From positions 3,552,001 through 3,616,000 of the forward strand of contig CBDFJQ010000002.1 of the NCBI GenBank assembly GCA_965248575.1: a stretch of 64,000 bases of DNA, written 5' to 3'. Under the pieces are notes generated by a model that saw only the letters and a list, made by a program, of their open reading frames with translations, was not told the DNA's origin and ran no database searches. Made by a program: the position numbers and the translations under genes. The stretch comes from Planctomycetota bacterium. GTDB taxonomy: Bacteria > Planctomycetota > B15-G4. Positions 39,301-47,891 of the stretch are shown in pieces. Position 1 is the first letter of the stretch. Every line of letters starts with the position of its first letter.

Positions 39301-40501
39301 GCACGGCATTCAGGAGCGTGTAGGGCGAGACCCGCTCGTCGGAATCGATGTAGGGCATCTGCCCCGACAGCAGCTGATACAGCAGCGCACCCACCGAGTA
39401 GATATCGGAGTGGGGGCCGATGAGATCGTCCTGGCCCTTGGCCTGCTCGGGAGACATATAGGACGGCGTACCCACCACCGTGCCGTCCATGGTCTGCAGC
39501 GGGCTTCCCGGGTGTTGTTCGTAGTCGTCCTGCCTGTCCGTTTGGACGCGGCTGACGGTTTCGGCGCCATCGACCACCGGTCGCAGGTCGTGCATGTCCT
39601 TGCGGCCCATGACCTTGGCCAGGCCCCAGTCCATGACATAGACCTCGCCGAAGCGGCCCACCATGATGTTGGAGGGCTTGATGTCACGGTGGATGACGCG
39701 CTTGCTGTGGGCGTAGGCCATGGCTTCGCAAACGCGTTGAATGACGCCGAGAGCCCGGGCCACGGTCCAGCCTTCCAGCTCGTCGTGCACGAGCTCGAGG
39801 ATGGCGCGCAGGTCCCGGCCCCGCACGAGGCGCATCGTGAAGTACAGCTGGCCCGCGTCATTCAGCCCCAGCTCGTGGACGGGCACGATGCCCGGGTGAT
39901 CGAGCTGACCCGTGATCTGCGCCTCCTCGAGGAAGCGGCCGATCTGTCGGCTTTCCGTGGAGCTGTCCCGGGCGCCCTTGCGTTGCTTCCGGTCGAGCAT
40001 GACCTTCATGGCGAGGTTCCGGCGCAGGTCGGAATCCCACATGCGCTGGATGACGCCCATGCCGCCACGGGCGATCTCTCCGCGGGCGGAATAGCGCTGA
40101 CTGCCGGGGTTCGAGGAAAGCCGCTCGATGACGCTCGACACGACCGAACCTCCCGGGCCATGGCTCCGGGTGCGGCCTTCCACGTCCATCTCGAAGGTGG
40201 CCGAGAGTTCGCTGGAGCTGCGCGGGGTGTCGGGGTTCAGCCGATGGTTTTCGCTGGCGGCCAGGTTCTGGGTGGAGTGGTTGGAGTCTTCGTCCAGGCT
40301 GCTGCCGAGGTCGTCGACGAGGCCGGCCATACGCTGCCAATCGTCCCGCAGGGTGCGCAGCGGCTCGGCAATGTGGGCGTGTTCGCGACAGAAGTCGTCG
40401 AAGTCGACCTCTTGGCTTTCGTCGAGCAGGCGCAGGTACTTGCTGAAGGCGTCCTCCGCAGAGCGGGAGCGTTCAGCAGAGTGTTCCGGTGTTGGCTTCA
40501 T
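36317..40501 (-). CDS. Hanks-type Ser/Thr kinase with TM helix, WD40 propellers and C-terminal TPR
   Basis: ARGGMG, AMK, HRDIKPSN, DWGLAK, GTPSYMSPEQ; many GH...WD/WN repeats. Confidence 0.95.
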   Translation of the reverse strand: MKPTPEHSAERSRSAEDAFSKYLRLLDESQEVDFDDFCREHAHIAEPLRTLRDDWQRMAGLVDDLGSSLDEDSNHSTQNLAASENHRLNPDTPRSSSELSATFEMDVEGRTRSHGPGGSVVSSVIERLSSNPGSQRYSARGEIARGGMGVIQRMWDSDLRRNLAMKVMLDRKQRKGARDSSTESRQIGRFLEEAQITGQLDHPGIVPVHELGLNDAGQLYFTMRLVRGRDLRAILELVHDELEGWTVARALGVIQRVCEAMAYAHSKRVIHRDIKPSNIMVGRFGEVYVMDWGLAKVMGRKDMHDLRPVVDGAETVSRVQTDRQDDYEQHPGSPLQTMDGTVVGTPSYMSPEQAKGQDDLIGPHSDIYSVGALLYQLLSGQMPYIDSDERVSPYTLLNAVREGPPRPIHQINKRVPPELVAICEKAMAREIGQRYPSMQVMADELRAFIEGRVVRTYETGAFAEARKWVVRNKVPATVLAIGLMVLAALLINLYNANENLQQSNEAKTKSEKAARDAKTELEGSNAQLLAAVADARKASLRADEATQTALYREYVANIAAIDASLRSDEVLGVADILEKTPAVLRGWEWQHLSLKLDPSLATLSGHKAPVEAIAFAPGGRRLASASRDGFVRIWNVATQSQEHELPHGNDSITAIAYHGNGRTLACAGAGGKISLWNADEGSSVGELLPDPETAPKLGAITSLMFSPNGKRLYAGTSGKRVCAWNVDNAEFSAFPSMHVRSVTALAVSMDGSRIVSASEDKTAAIWDAASGETIRSLFGHDESVLAVDFYPTPNAPYIATGSEDGAARLFDAQDGSLLATYDGHSGSVNSVHFSEDGSELLTGSEDGTLRRWSTFSGELLSTLVGHEKAVRSAAFSPDGVLMASGSDDHTVKLWDRAYGLGYTRLQGHTDKVRSLALSPDGLRALSSSADGRVRLWETDTLLSLTATDLPLRGAGVVAFSPDGTQIAVGLEGLGRDTSHPIYFWDASAYDVLIEWPAQATGHAERILALAYSPDGRRVASASADDTVKLWNSQTGALMQTLEGHTGAVHSLAFHPTESLLASGSYNEKVRVWNLGTGETIHEYADGEGTVGALAWSPDGQVLAASYDQVVSLRDIDAGETVLLHGHQDHIDSLSFHPDGTRLASASQDGSVRIWDRVSGSPLLTLRVGKPCRAVQFSPDGGRLYAALGSEIRVLETASPAVTFELRRGRALAAERGQQLFQDRLDRYVLPASVIDSLRDDDSVDPIVRDEAIRLARNFGTQPDRLAHTAWLTLRSRNSGETAYDDAFRLANAASTMQPGDSFLMCVLGAAHYRRGDYSSALSALENSDLLHKKGQEHPRSWILALTSLAHQQLGNTRKASEAYLEAFEVGKNDVRSETQNLIHEAAGLLTDADT

Positions 40502-41160
40502 GGTTCTTGGGGGCCCAAGCACCTGGGCGGGGCGGCAAGCCGGCGCTGGTTGAGGTGCCGGAGTAAACGTTCGTTCGTGTACAGGGTGAACGCTTGCCGA
40601 ATCGGTTCCGCGGGGGCGGATCACTGGCCGGGAAGTTTAGCAGGCCCCGTCCGACTGAGGCTCGTAGGGCGCTCCCCGCAGGCAGCGTCACAGTGGGTTC
40701 ATTGTCTCCCAGCTGCCGTAGACGGGGGCTGAGGCGCTGGTGGACTGGGTTTCCGCACCGAGGTCTGCACGGCAGGCGGTGGCGCGGCGACCGTGCTTTG
40801 GGCGTGGCCTTGGGCGTGTCGCGGCCGGAGGGCGGCCGTCGCGTGGCGCAGGTCCGGCGTGCGTGCGGCCGCTTGTTGGCGGCACTGGTCAGCAGCATCT
40901 TGAGTTGCAGCTGCCGCGCGCCGAGGGCGGCGGTTCGACGCGAGATTCGCAGTCGCTGTTCGCCGCGCGTTCGTTCGGCTGAGCGTGTCATGTGAGCGGT
41001 GCGCGGCAACTCATCCCAGTGCATTAAATAAATGTAATCGCATGTGGGAATCATATGTCGCCCTCTGTTTCAAGCCTGCTCTCGCCCTTTTCGCTTCCGT
41101 CGCTATCATGCGGCCCCGCGAGCGGGGCGGCTCGCACCAACAAATCTGGAAGGTCTATCC

Positions 41161-41598
41161 ATGGCTCGTCGCACGGCACAACGCGCCGCCATTCGGAAGG
41201 TTCTCGAGGACACGGGGCGTCCCTTGGGGCCGGCTGAGATCTTGAAGGCGGCACAGCTGTTCGTTCCTCAACTCGGTCTCACGACTGTCTACCGGACCGT
41301 CAACTCTCTTGTGGAAGAGGGTTGGCTCGTGGCCGTTGGCCTTCCCGGCGAAGCCGATCGCTACGAGCTGGCGGATTCCGAACACCACCACCAGTTCCGC
41401 TGCCGTTGCTGCAGCTCCGTGTACACCGTCCGGGGTTGCACCCACGGGCTGGAATCCCTCGTGCCCGAGGGCTTCAGCATGGATGACCACGCCTTGGTGC
41501 TCTATGGCACCTGTGCTCAGTGTGCGCAAGCACCCGCTGCCTCGCCCGGAGCCTCGAACACGAAACAGCACAACGAGGAATCCGCCGCGCAGGCCTGA
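41161..41598 (+). CDS. Fur family transcriptional regulator
   Basis: TAQRAAI, LGLTTVYRT, HHHQFRCxxC, LYGTCAQC. Confidence 0.9.
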   Translation: MARRTAQRAAIRKVLEDTGRPLGPAEILKAAQLFVPQLGLTTVYRTVNSLVEEGWLVAVGLPGEADRYELADSEHHHQFRCRCCSSVYTVRGCTHGLESLVPEGFSMDDHALVLYGTCAQCAQAPAASPGASNTKQHNEESAAQA

Positions 41599-41610
41599 GG
41601 TCTATCCCTG

Positions 41611-42240
41611 CTAGATCTTGGTGCGCCGGCTGACTGCGCTGACCAAGGAGACCTTGGCGCGCCTGAACAGCTCCCGGGCCGCACCTTCGGTGGGGCGATT
41701 CATCTGCTCGGCGACCCACGCCCAGCTGCCTTTGGCGTACAGGCGCAGCAGGATCACTTCGCGGTAGTCCTCGCTGAGCTCGCTGATGCAGGCTTCCATG
41801 ATGCGCTTGAGTTCTTCGGTCTCGACCTGATCGATGGGCAGGTCGACGTTGTCAGGCGGATCGAAGATGAGCGTCCCGCTCGCCATGGCATTGCGAACGT
41901 GGACGAATGCCCGCTCCCGGCGCTTGTCCCGCTTTTGCGCGTGGTGGTAGTCGACCGCTTCCTTGATCTTGTGCTCGGCCAGTTTCGCGAGCCAGTTGAT
42001 GAGGCTCGATTCGTTGCGCATCTCGAACCGCTCAAAGGTCTTCACCGCAGCGATGAAGGTCTCCTGGACGAGGTCTTCCAGTTCGAGATAGCTGCGAACC
42101 CGGGGGCCGGTACGCATGCGGACGATCTGCAGCACGCGCGAGTAGTATCGTTCGAACAGACGGTTGTAGGCGTCGAGGTCACCATCCTGGGCGCGGTCCA
42201 CCAACTCGAACGACTGGGTGAGTTCCGGTTCGCGGTCCAT
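41611..42240 (-). CDS. ECF-type RNA polymerase sigma-70 factor
   Basis: AQDGDLDAYNRLFERY, EDLVQETF, LINWL, LSEDYREVILLR region 4. Confidence 0.9.
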   Translation of the reverse strand: MDREPELTQSFELVDRAQDGDLDAYNRLFERYYSRVLQIVRMRTGPRVRSYLELEDLVQETFIAAVKTFERFEMRNESSLINWLAKLAEHKIKEAVDYHHAQKRDKRRERAFVHVRNAMASGTLIFDPPDNVDLPIDQVETEELKRIMEACISELSEDYREVILLRLYAKGSWAWVAEQMNRPTEGAARELFRRAKVSLVSAVSRRTKI

Positions 42241-42257
42241 GCTGTCCTCGGTTGGCG

Positions 42258-43124
42258 TCAGTTCCTGCGGCTGATCATGTCCGCCAACAGGCCTACCAAT
42301 CCTACCTGCAATGCCGAGGCCAGAATCGTGGCGGTGACATCGCCCAGGTCGCCTTGAACGACTTGGATGGTTCCGACAGTGAGGCCGGTGACCAGAAGCA
42401 GCATGGTGACAGGCAAGAAGATCTTCAGGGGTTCGAAGAACGCGCTGACACGCAGGATGAGCACAAGGAAGTTGAAGGTGTCGTAGATGGGGCGGATCTT
42501 GCTGTTGCCGGTCCGGTGGTGGTAGTCGATGGGCACGAAGACCACGTGGTGCCCGCGGGCCAGCAAGGCCATGAGCGTGGTGGTGGTGAAGCTGAACCCG
42601 TCACTCACCAGGTTGAAGCGCTGCACGATGGGCGCCTTGCGCATGACACGCAGCCCCGAGTTGAGGTCGGGGATGGGGTGCCCGGAGAGGTAGTTGGCCA
42701 GGGCTCGCAAGAAGGCCTTGGCGGGCCGGCGGATGAGGGGGATGTGGACGTTGGTGCCGGTGCGGGAGCCCACCACCATGTCGGCGTTCTCGTCGAGCAG
42801 CCGCTGATAGAGCTCGGGCAGACGCTGATTGGGGTAGGTGCCGTCGGCATCGGTGATGGCGACCACGTCCGCCAAGGCGGAGTTGATGCCCGATTTGAGC
42901 GAGGCCCCGTAACCGCGATTCCGCTCATGGACGAGCAGGCGCACGGCGGGCAGCTCCTCGACCAGCTGGCGAACCTGCTCCGAGGTGCCGTCGGTGCTCC
43001 CATCGTCGACGACCACGATTTCGTGCTCGATCCCCGAAGAAGCCATGGTGGACGCCAGCTCTTCCAAGGTGGGGCGGATGGCCCCTGCCTCGTTGTAGGC
43101 CGGAATGACGATGGATAGTTGCAT
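42258..43124 (-). CDS. Glycosyltransferase family 2 with C-terminal TMs
   Basis: IVIPAYNE, VDDGSTD, NRGYG, TDADGTY, DLNSGLR. Confidence 0.92.
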   Translation of the reverse strand: MQLSIVIPAYNEAGAIRPTLEELASTMASSGIEHEIVVVDDGSTDGTSEQVRQLVEELPAVRLLVHERNRGYGASLKSGINSALADVVAITDADGTYPNQRLPELYQRLLDENADMVVGSRTGTNVHIPLIRRPAKAFLRALANYLSGHPIPDLNSGLRVMRKAPIVQRFNLVSDGFSFTTTTLMALLARGHHVVFVPIDYHHRTGNSKIRPIYDTFNFLVLILRVSAFFEPLKIFLPVTMLLLVTGLTVGTIQVVQGDLGDVTATILASALQVGLVGLLADMISRRN

Positions 43125-43285
43125 GCTGCTCTCCGCTGGGCGGATCTTAGGACACCGTCCGCCGCGGTTCACCGCGCTATCCTGGACGCGCCGAAAGAAG
43201 ATCGCTCACCACCCTCTGGGAACACGGCGGCAAGCGGGCTCGTCCAAGCCGTCCCGCCGCAGTTTCCCTTACCCTGGGCTGCCCC

Positions 43286-44839
43286 ATGGCACCTCGTCGA
43301 ATCCACTCCAACCGCCGCTCGGAGCAGGGGCTGTCCTTGCTCCTGGCGATGCTCGTGCTGTTTGTGGTGCTGATCGTGGTGTTCCAGACGTCCAGCCTGT
43401 CCATCAGCGAGCTGGACAAGGCTTCGTACTACGTGGCCAACACTCAGATGAACTTCCTGGCGGAGGCCTGTGCCGTGCAGGCGGGCTCGGTCCTGCTGAT
43501 GGACGTCGAGGAGCGGGAGGAAGAGGGCGGCGGCGCTGGGGCGCTCGGGGCCGGTGGCCTCGGTGCTGGCGGTGGCGAGGACGAAGGCGGCGACACGGCC
43601 GCCCAGGTCACCATGAACACCGACAGCTTCCTGGACGAGTGGATGAACCCCTCGGCCCTGGCTCCCCCCATGGGGGAAGGGCTCACGGTGTTCGTAGAGA
43701 TCCAGGACGAGGACTCCAAGATCAACCTGCTGGGCCTTTGGACCGAGGATGAGGACAAGCGCGAAGAGTGGCGGGAGGTCTTCACGCGCCTGCTGGACAA
43801 GGCCTTCGAGGGCACCAGCCTCGACTTCTCGGCCATCGATGTGTCGGACATCCTGGACGACTTGGATGACTGGGTGAAGGGGCAGCGGAACCGGTTCCGG
43901 GAGCCGCCCCTGCCCCCCTTGAAGAAGAGCCGGGCCCAGGATGAGGCTGAGGGTGACAGCGAGCTCGATACGGACATCATCGAGAACGACGAGGTGCACT
44001 TCCCCCTCACGCTGCCGGAGCTGAGCCTGATCGAGGGCATCACCCCACAGCACCTCTGGGGCTTCATCGAGGACGATGTTCATTACCCCGGTCTGATGAC
44101 CTACCTCACGATCTGGAGCGAACTGGAGCTGAAGGACCCTTCCAAGGAAGAGGAGGAGGAGTTCGCGGACAGCCCCTTCGCCGGATCCGTCTTCGATGAC
44201 GAACTGAACAGTGAGGATGATGAGATCCCGCCGGAGGATTTGGAGATCTCAGCCAAGCAGACGGCGGGCGGCCGGGTGAATGCCAACACCGCCTCGCTGG
44301 TGGTCCTCCAGGCCCTGGCCCCCGAGGAGATCCCGGTGGCCTTCCTGGAGCGGGTGATCGAGTTCCGGGAACGAATTCGGGAGCTGAGGGCCGAATACGA
44401 GGACAACGTCGGGAGCTCCACCGAGGGCTCCGTCTTCGGCGATTCCGAGGAAGGAGACGAGGACGACGAGGAGAACGACCCGGCCCACTACGTCTTCCAG
44501 ACCGAGGACGAGGTGTTCTCGAAGGTGGAGGCGGAATGGGAGCTTTCCGTCTTCTCTGACGACGAGCAGAAGTCGCTTTTCGTCTCCCGCTTGGGGGTGA
44601 TCAGCAACGTCTTCACGATCAAGGTCCTGGTCCAGGACGAGGAGGCTGGCCGGCGGGCGAGCTACCGCACGGTGGTCTGGCGCATGGAAAGCGACGGTGA
44701 GGACCCCCGGATCGTGACCCTGCTGCCTCTGGAGCCGATCGCCGAGAGCCGGCGCCTCAGCGATTTTCCCGAGGACATCGAGGAGCATGCGGATCGCCGC
44801 TTCGATCGCTCGGATGGCACCCGCTTCGATCTGAACTGA
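43286..44839 (+). CDS. Type II secretion minor pseudopilin GspK-like protein
   Basis: RRSEQG|LSLLLAMLVL class III signal, IQDEDSKINL, ELSLIEGIT, GRVNANTAS..VLQAL. Confidence 0.75.
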   Translation: MAPRRIHSNRRSEQGLSLLLAMLVLFVVLIVVFQTSSLSISELDKASYYVANTQMNFLAEACAVQAGSVLLMDVEEREEEGGGAGALGAGGLGAGGGEDEGGDTAAQVTMNTDSFLDEWMNPSALAPPMGEGLTVFVEIQDEDSKINLLGLWTEDEDKREEWREVFTRLLDKAFEGTSLDFSAIDVSDILDDLDDWVKGQRNRFREPPLPPLKKSRAQDEAEGDSELDTDIIENDEVHFPLTLPELSLIEGITPQHLWGFIEDDVHYPGLMTYLTIWSELELKDPSKEEEEEFADSPFAGSVFDDELNSEDDEIPPEDLEISAKQTAGGRVNANTASLVVLQALAPEEIPVAFLERVIEFRERIRELRAEYEDNVGSSTEGSVFGDSEEGDEDDEENDPAHYVFQTEDEVFSKVEAEWELSVFSDDEQKSLFVSRLGVISNVFTIKVLVQDEEAGRRASYRTVVWRMESDGEDPRIVTLLPLEPIAESRRLSDFPEDIEEHADRRFDRSDGTRFDLN

Positions 44840-44926
44840 TCCTGCTGCCGGATGGCCCAGCTGGAGGCCCCGGCCGAGGCCCTCGAGCCCCCCCCCAAAC
44901 GACCTATCGATGAGGGTTGGTGCGTG

Positions 44927-44956
44927 TTGACCCCAGAACACCCATGGGACTATGGT
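44927..44956 (+). promoter_or_regulatory. Sigma70-like promoter TTGACC-18-TATGGT for the aroF...rpoZ cluster
   Basis: Motifs read directly upstream of aroF. Confidence 0.55.
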
Positions 44957-45005
44957 GTGGGGCTCTTTTGTGGGCTGGAAAGCCCAATCCCGGGGTGCGG
45001 TCACC

Positions 45006-46142
45006 TTGCTCATCCTGCTGAAAACGGACCTGACGGCTCCCGCTCGCGCCGACGTGCTGAACGCACTTCGGGCGCTCGGACTCACGGTGGAAGAAGCCCC
45101 TCTGCCGGGTCGTTGCGCGTACGTCGTGACCCACGGTCCGAACGGATCGGATGGGCGGGCTCAAGGCTTGTCCGCCGATAGCCTGCTGCGGGTTCCCGGT
45201 GTGGACAAGGTCGTGCCGCTTGAGGATGGCAAGGCTCCTTTGGTGCACGCCACACTGACCGATGGGCCGCGGGCGATCCAGTTGGGTGCGGCGCGCTTCG
45301 GCGGCGGTTCCCTGGGCATCATCGCCGGGCCCTGCACGGTGGAATCGCGGGACGATTTGCTCAGCACGGCGCGGCTCGTTGCGAGCGCTGGCGCTGCGGT
45401 GTTGCGCGGCGGTGTGTTCAAGGTGCGGACGTCGCCCCACAGTTATCAGGGCGGTGGCGTGGAAGCCCTGGAGCTGCTGCAAGAAGCCTCCAAGGAAACG
45501 GGCCTGCCGTTTTTCACTGAGTTGAATGACCCACGCCAGGTGGAGTCGGTGGGCGAGCGCCTGGACGGTGTGCAGATCGGCGCGCGCCACATGCAGAACT
45601 TTCCGCTGCTGCAAGAGGTGGCGCTCTTGGGCAAGCCGGTGCTGCTGAAGCGGCACATGGCAGCGGATGTGGACGAGTGGTTGCTCGCCGCCGAGTACAT
45701 CCTGGCAGCAGGCAACGACCAGGTGATCCTGTGCGAGAGAGGCGTCAAGAGCACCGGGCGCCACGTGCGTTCCATGCTCGATCTGGGCGTGATTCCCTAC
45801 CTGAAACGCCGTGTGGGCTTGCCGGTGATCGTCGACCCGAGCCACGCAGCCGGGCACCATGAGTTGGTGCCAGACCTGGCACGCGCTGCCGTGGCGGCAG
45901 GTGCGGACGGCCTGATCATCGAAGTGCACCCGCGGCCGGAAGTGACGCAGTGCGATGCGCTCCAGGCCCTGCCGCCCAAGGAGTTTGCGGCGCTCATGGG
46001 TGATGTACGTCAGCTGGCGGCCATGAGCGGGCGTAGCGTTTCGGGTGCGGTGCGCGCTGTGCGCACGGCCGGAGACGATTTGGTCGTTGATGACCAACTG
46101 CCGCGAGACCTTCCAAACCAGAACCGATCGGTGGGGGCATAG
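45006..46142 (+). CDS. aroF: DAHP synthase class I-beta
   Basis: IAGPCTVE, FKVRTSPHSYQG, QIGARHMQNF, LCERG, DPSH, EVHP; start uncertain. Confidence 0.85.
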   Translation: MLILLKTDLTAPARADVLNALRALGLTVEEAPLPGRCAYVVTHGPNGSDGRAQGLSADSLLRVPGVDKVVPLEDGKAPLVHATLTDGPRAIQLGAARFGGGSLGIIAGPCTVESRDDLLSTARLVASAGAAVLRGGVFKVRTSPHSYQGGGVEALELLQEASKETGLPFFTELNDPRQVESVGERLDGVQIGARHMQNFPLLQEVALLGKPVLLKRHMAADVDEWLLAAEYILAAGNDQVILCERGVKSTGRHVRSMLDLGVIPYLKRRVGLPVIVDPSHAAGHHELVPDLARAAVAAGADGLIIEVHPRPEVTQCDALQALPPKEFAALMGDVRQLAAMSGRSVSGAVRAVRTAGDDLVVDDQLPRDLPNQNRSVGA

Positions 46143-46146
46143 CGTC

Positions 46147-46905
46147 ATGCGGCGTCCATTCATTGCAGGCAACTGGAAGATGCACTTGGACAAGGAGGCG
46201 ATCACGGCCTTCTGCGACTCGCTGCGGGCGAATGGCGCGTCGAACGGCGATGTCACCGTGGGGGTTTTCCCGCCCTTCGTGTATCTGGCCCAGGTCGTCG
46301 ATGCCCTCGCGGGAACGGGCATCGTGGTGGGCGCGCAAACGTGCCGGCCCGAGGCCAAGGGCGCGTTCACGGGCGAAGTGGCCGCGGTCCAGGTCAAGGA
46401 TGTGGGCGCGACCCACGTGCTCGTTGGGCACAGCGAACGCAGGCACGTCATGGGCGAGACGGATGCCGACGTGCGTGCACGCCTGGACGCCGCGCTGGCC
46501 TGTGGTCTGGATGTCGTGCTGTGTGTGGGCGAGACCATCGAGGAGCGCCAGGCGGAACGCACCGCTGAGGTGGTGCTCTCCCAGCTGGATGCGGGCACGA
46601 CAGGCTTGGCGGGTGAGACACTCGCCCGTCGGGTCACCGTCGCCTACGAGCCCGTCTGGGCCATCGGCACGGGGCTCACGGCAACGCCAGAACAAGCACA
46701 AGACGTTCACGCGCTCATCCGCGGCCGCATGGCCGAAAGCTTCGGCAGCGAGATCGCCGAGCGCGTCATCATTCAATACGGCGGCAGCGTCAAGCCGGAC
46801 AATGTGGCTTCCCTCATGAGCTGTCCCGATGTGGACGGAGCGCTCGTGGGCGGGGCTTCACTGGCCCACGACTCATTCGCCGCCCTTACCGATTTCAACC
46901 AGTAG
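46147..46905 (+). CDS. tpiA: Triosephosphate isomerase
   Basis: IAGNWKM, GAFTGE, GHSERR, AYEPVWAIGTG, YGGSVKP. Confidence 0.98.
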   Translation: MRRPFIAGNWKMHLDKEAITAFCDSLRANGASNGDVTVGVFPPFVYLAQVVDALAGTGIVVGAQTCRPEAKGAFTGEVAAVQVKDVGATHVLVGHSERRHVMGETDADVRARLDAALACGLDVVLCVGETIEERQAERTAEVVLSQLDAGTTGLAGETLARRVTVAYEPVWAIGTGLTATPEQAQDVHALIRGRMAESFGSEIAERVIIQYGGSVKPDNVASLMSCPDVDGALVGGASLAHDSFAALTDFNQ

Positions 46906-46922
46906 TTCTCGGAGAGACCAAG

Positions 46923-47291
46923 GTGTTCGAAAGCATCCTTTGGATCGTGTTCACGGTCATCGCGATCATCGTGTCCGGCATCATCTTGCTGCAGGAAGGC
47001 AAGGGCGGTGGGCTCGGTGAGGCCTTTGGCGGAGCGGGCCAACAGACCTTCGGCGTGAAGGCCCAGGGCATCGCCAAGTTCACGGGTTATATGGCGGGCG
47101 CGCTCGTGGTGATCGCGCTTGTGATTTCGAAGATCCGCTCAGATGACACCGTCTTCGTGGGGCTGGACTCCACGGCGCCGACGCTGCCCATCTCGGATCC
47201 CACCAGCATTCCGTCGGGTTCCGCGCCTGACACGGCACCGGCACCGGCGACGACACCGGCGACGGGCTCCGAAGGGGGCGACTCCAAGTGA
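46923..47291 (+). CDS. secG: Preprotein translocase subunit SecG
   Basis: ILLQEGKGGGLGEAFGG between two TMs; follows tpiA. Confidence 0.92.
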   Translation: MFESILWIVFTVIAIIVSGIILLQEGKGGGLGEAFGGAGQQTFGVKAQGIAKFTGYMAGALVVIALVISKIRSDDTVFVGLDSTAPTLPISDPTSIPSGSAPDTAPAPATTPATGSEGGDSK

Positions 47292-47890
47292 CCGCTGCGG
47301 ACCTCGATGTGGCCAACGCCACCGAAGCCCGCCTGAAGAAGGTGGGCGCCTTGCTGGAGGGGCACTTCCAGCTGACGTCCGGCTTGCACAGCAACCGCTA
47401 CGTGCAGTGCGCCAAACTCCTGTCGCACCCCGTTGAGGCGGAGGCTGTCTGCAAGGCACTCGCCGCGCGCTTCGCCGATGTGACGGTGGATATCGTGCTG
47501 GGTCCGGCCTTGGGCGGCGTGGTTGTCGCCCACGAGGTGGCCCGCGCCCTGGGGACTCCGGCCCTGTTCAGTGAGCGCAAGGACGGCGAGATGCTGCTGC
47601 GCCGGGGGTTCAGCATTCCGACGGGCGCCAAGGTGCTCATCGTCGAGGATGTGGTGACCACAGGCGGTTCGGTGAAGGAGGTCCTGCAGCTGGTGCGTGA
47701 CGCGGGCGGCGAGATCGTCGGTGTTGGCAGCATTGTCCAGCGCGCGCCGAGCTCGCCCTTCGATGTGCGCTATGAATCGCTGCTCGCGTTGCAGGTGACA
47801 GCCTGGGACCCGGGTGAATGCCCGCTTTGCGCCGAGGGATCCTCGGCCGTGAAGCCGGGCAGCCGGCCCGGAACTTCTTCGGGGAGCTGA
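47288..47890 (+). CDS. pyrE: Orotate phosphoribosyltransferase
   Basis: GHFQLTSGLHS, GPALGG, IVEDVVTTGGS. Confidence 0.95.
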   Translation: MTAADLDVANATEARLKKVGALLEGHFQLTSGLHSNRYVQCAKLLSHPVEAEAVCKALAARFADVTVDIVLGPALGGVVVAHEVARALGTPALFSERKDGEMLLRRGFSIPTGAKVLIVEDVVTTGGSVKEVLQLVRDAGGEIVGVGSIVQRAPSSPFDVRYESLLALQVTAWDPGECPLCAEGSSAVKPGSRPGTSSGS

Positions 47891-47891
47891 C

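Noticed and set aside
38162..40732. 856-aa plus-strand ORF and many similar long antisense ORFs (e.g. 33299-35017, 58265-59947, 44904-46637)
   Set aside because: Shadow ORFs opposite well-supported genes, expected from high GC3; no motifs
40502..41020. Possible small gene between the kinase and fur
   Set aside because: Candidate ORFs are Arg/Pro-rich with no RBS or codon bias
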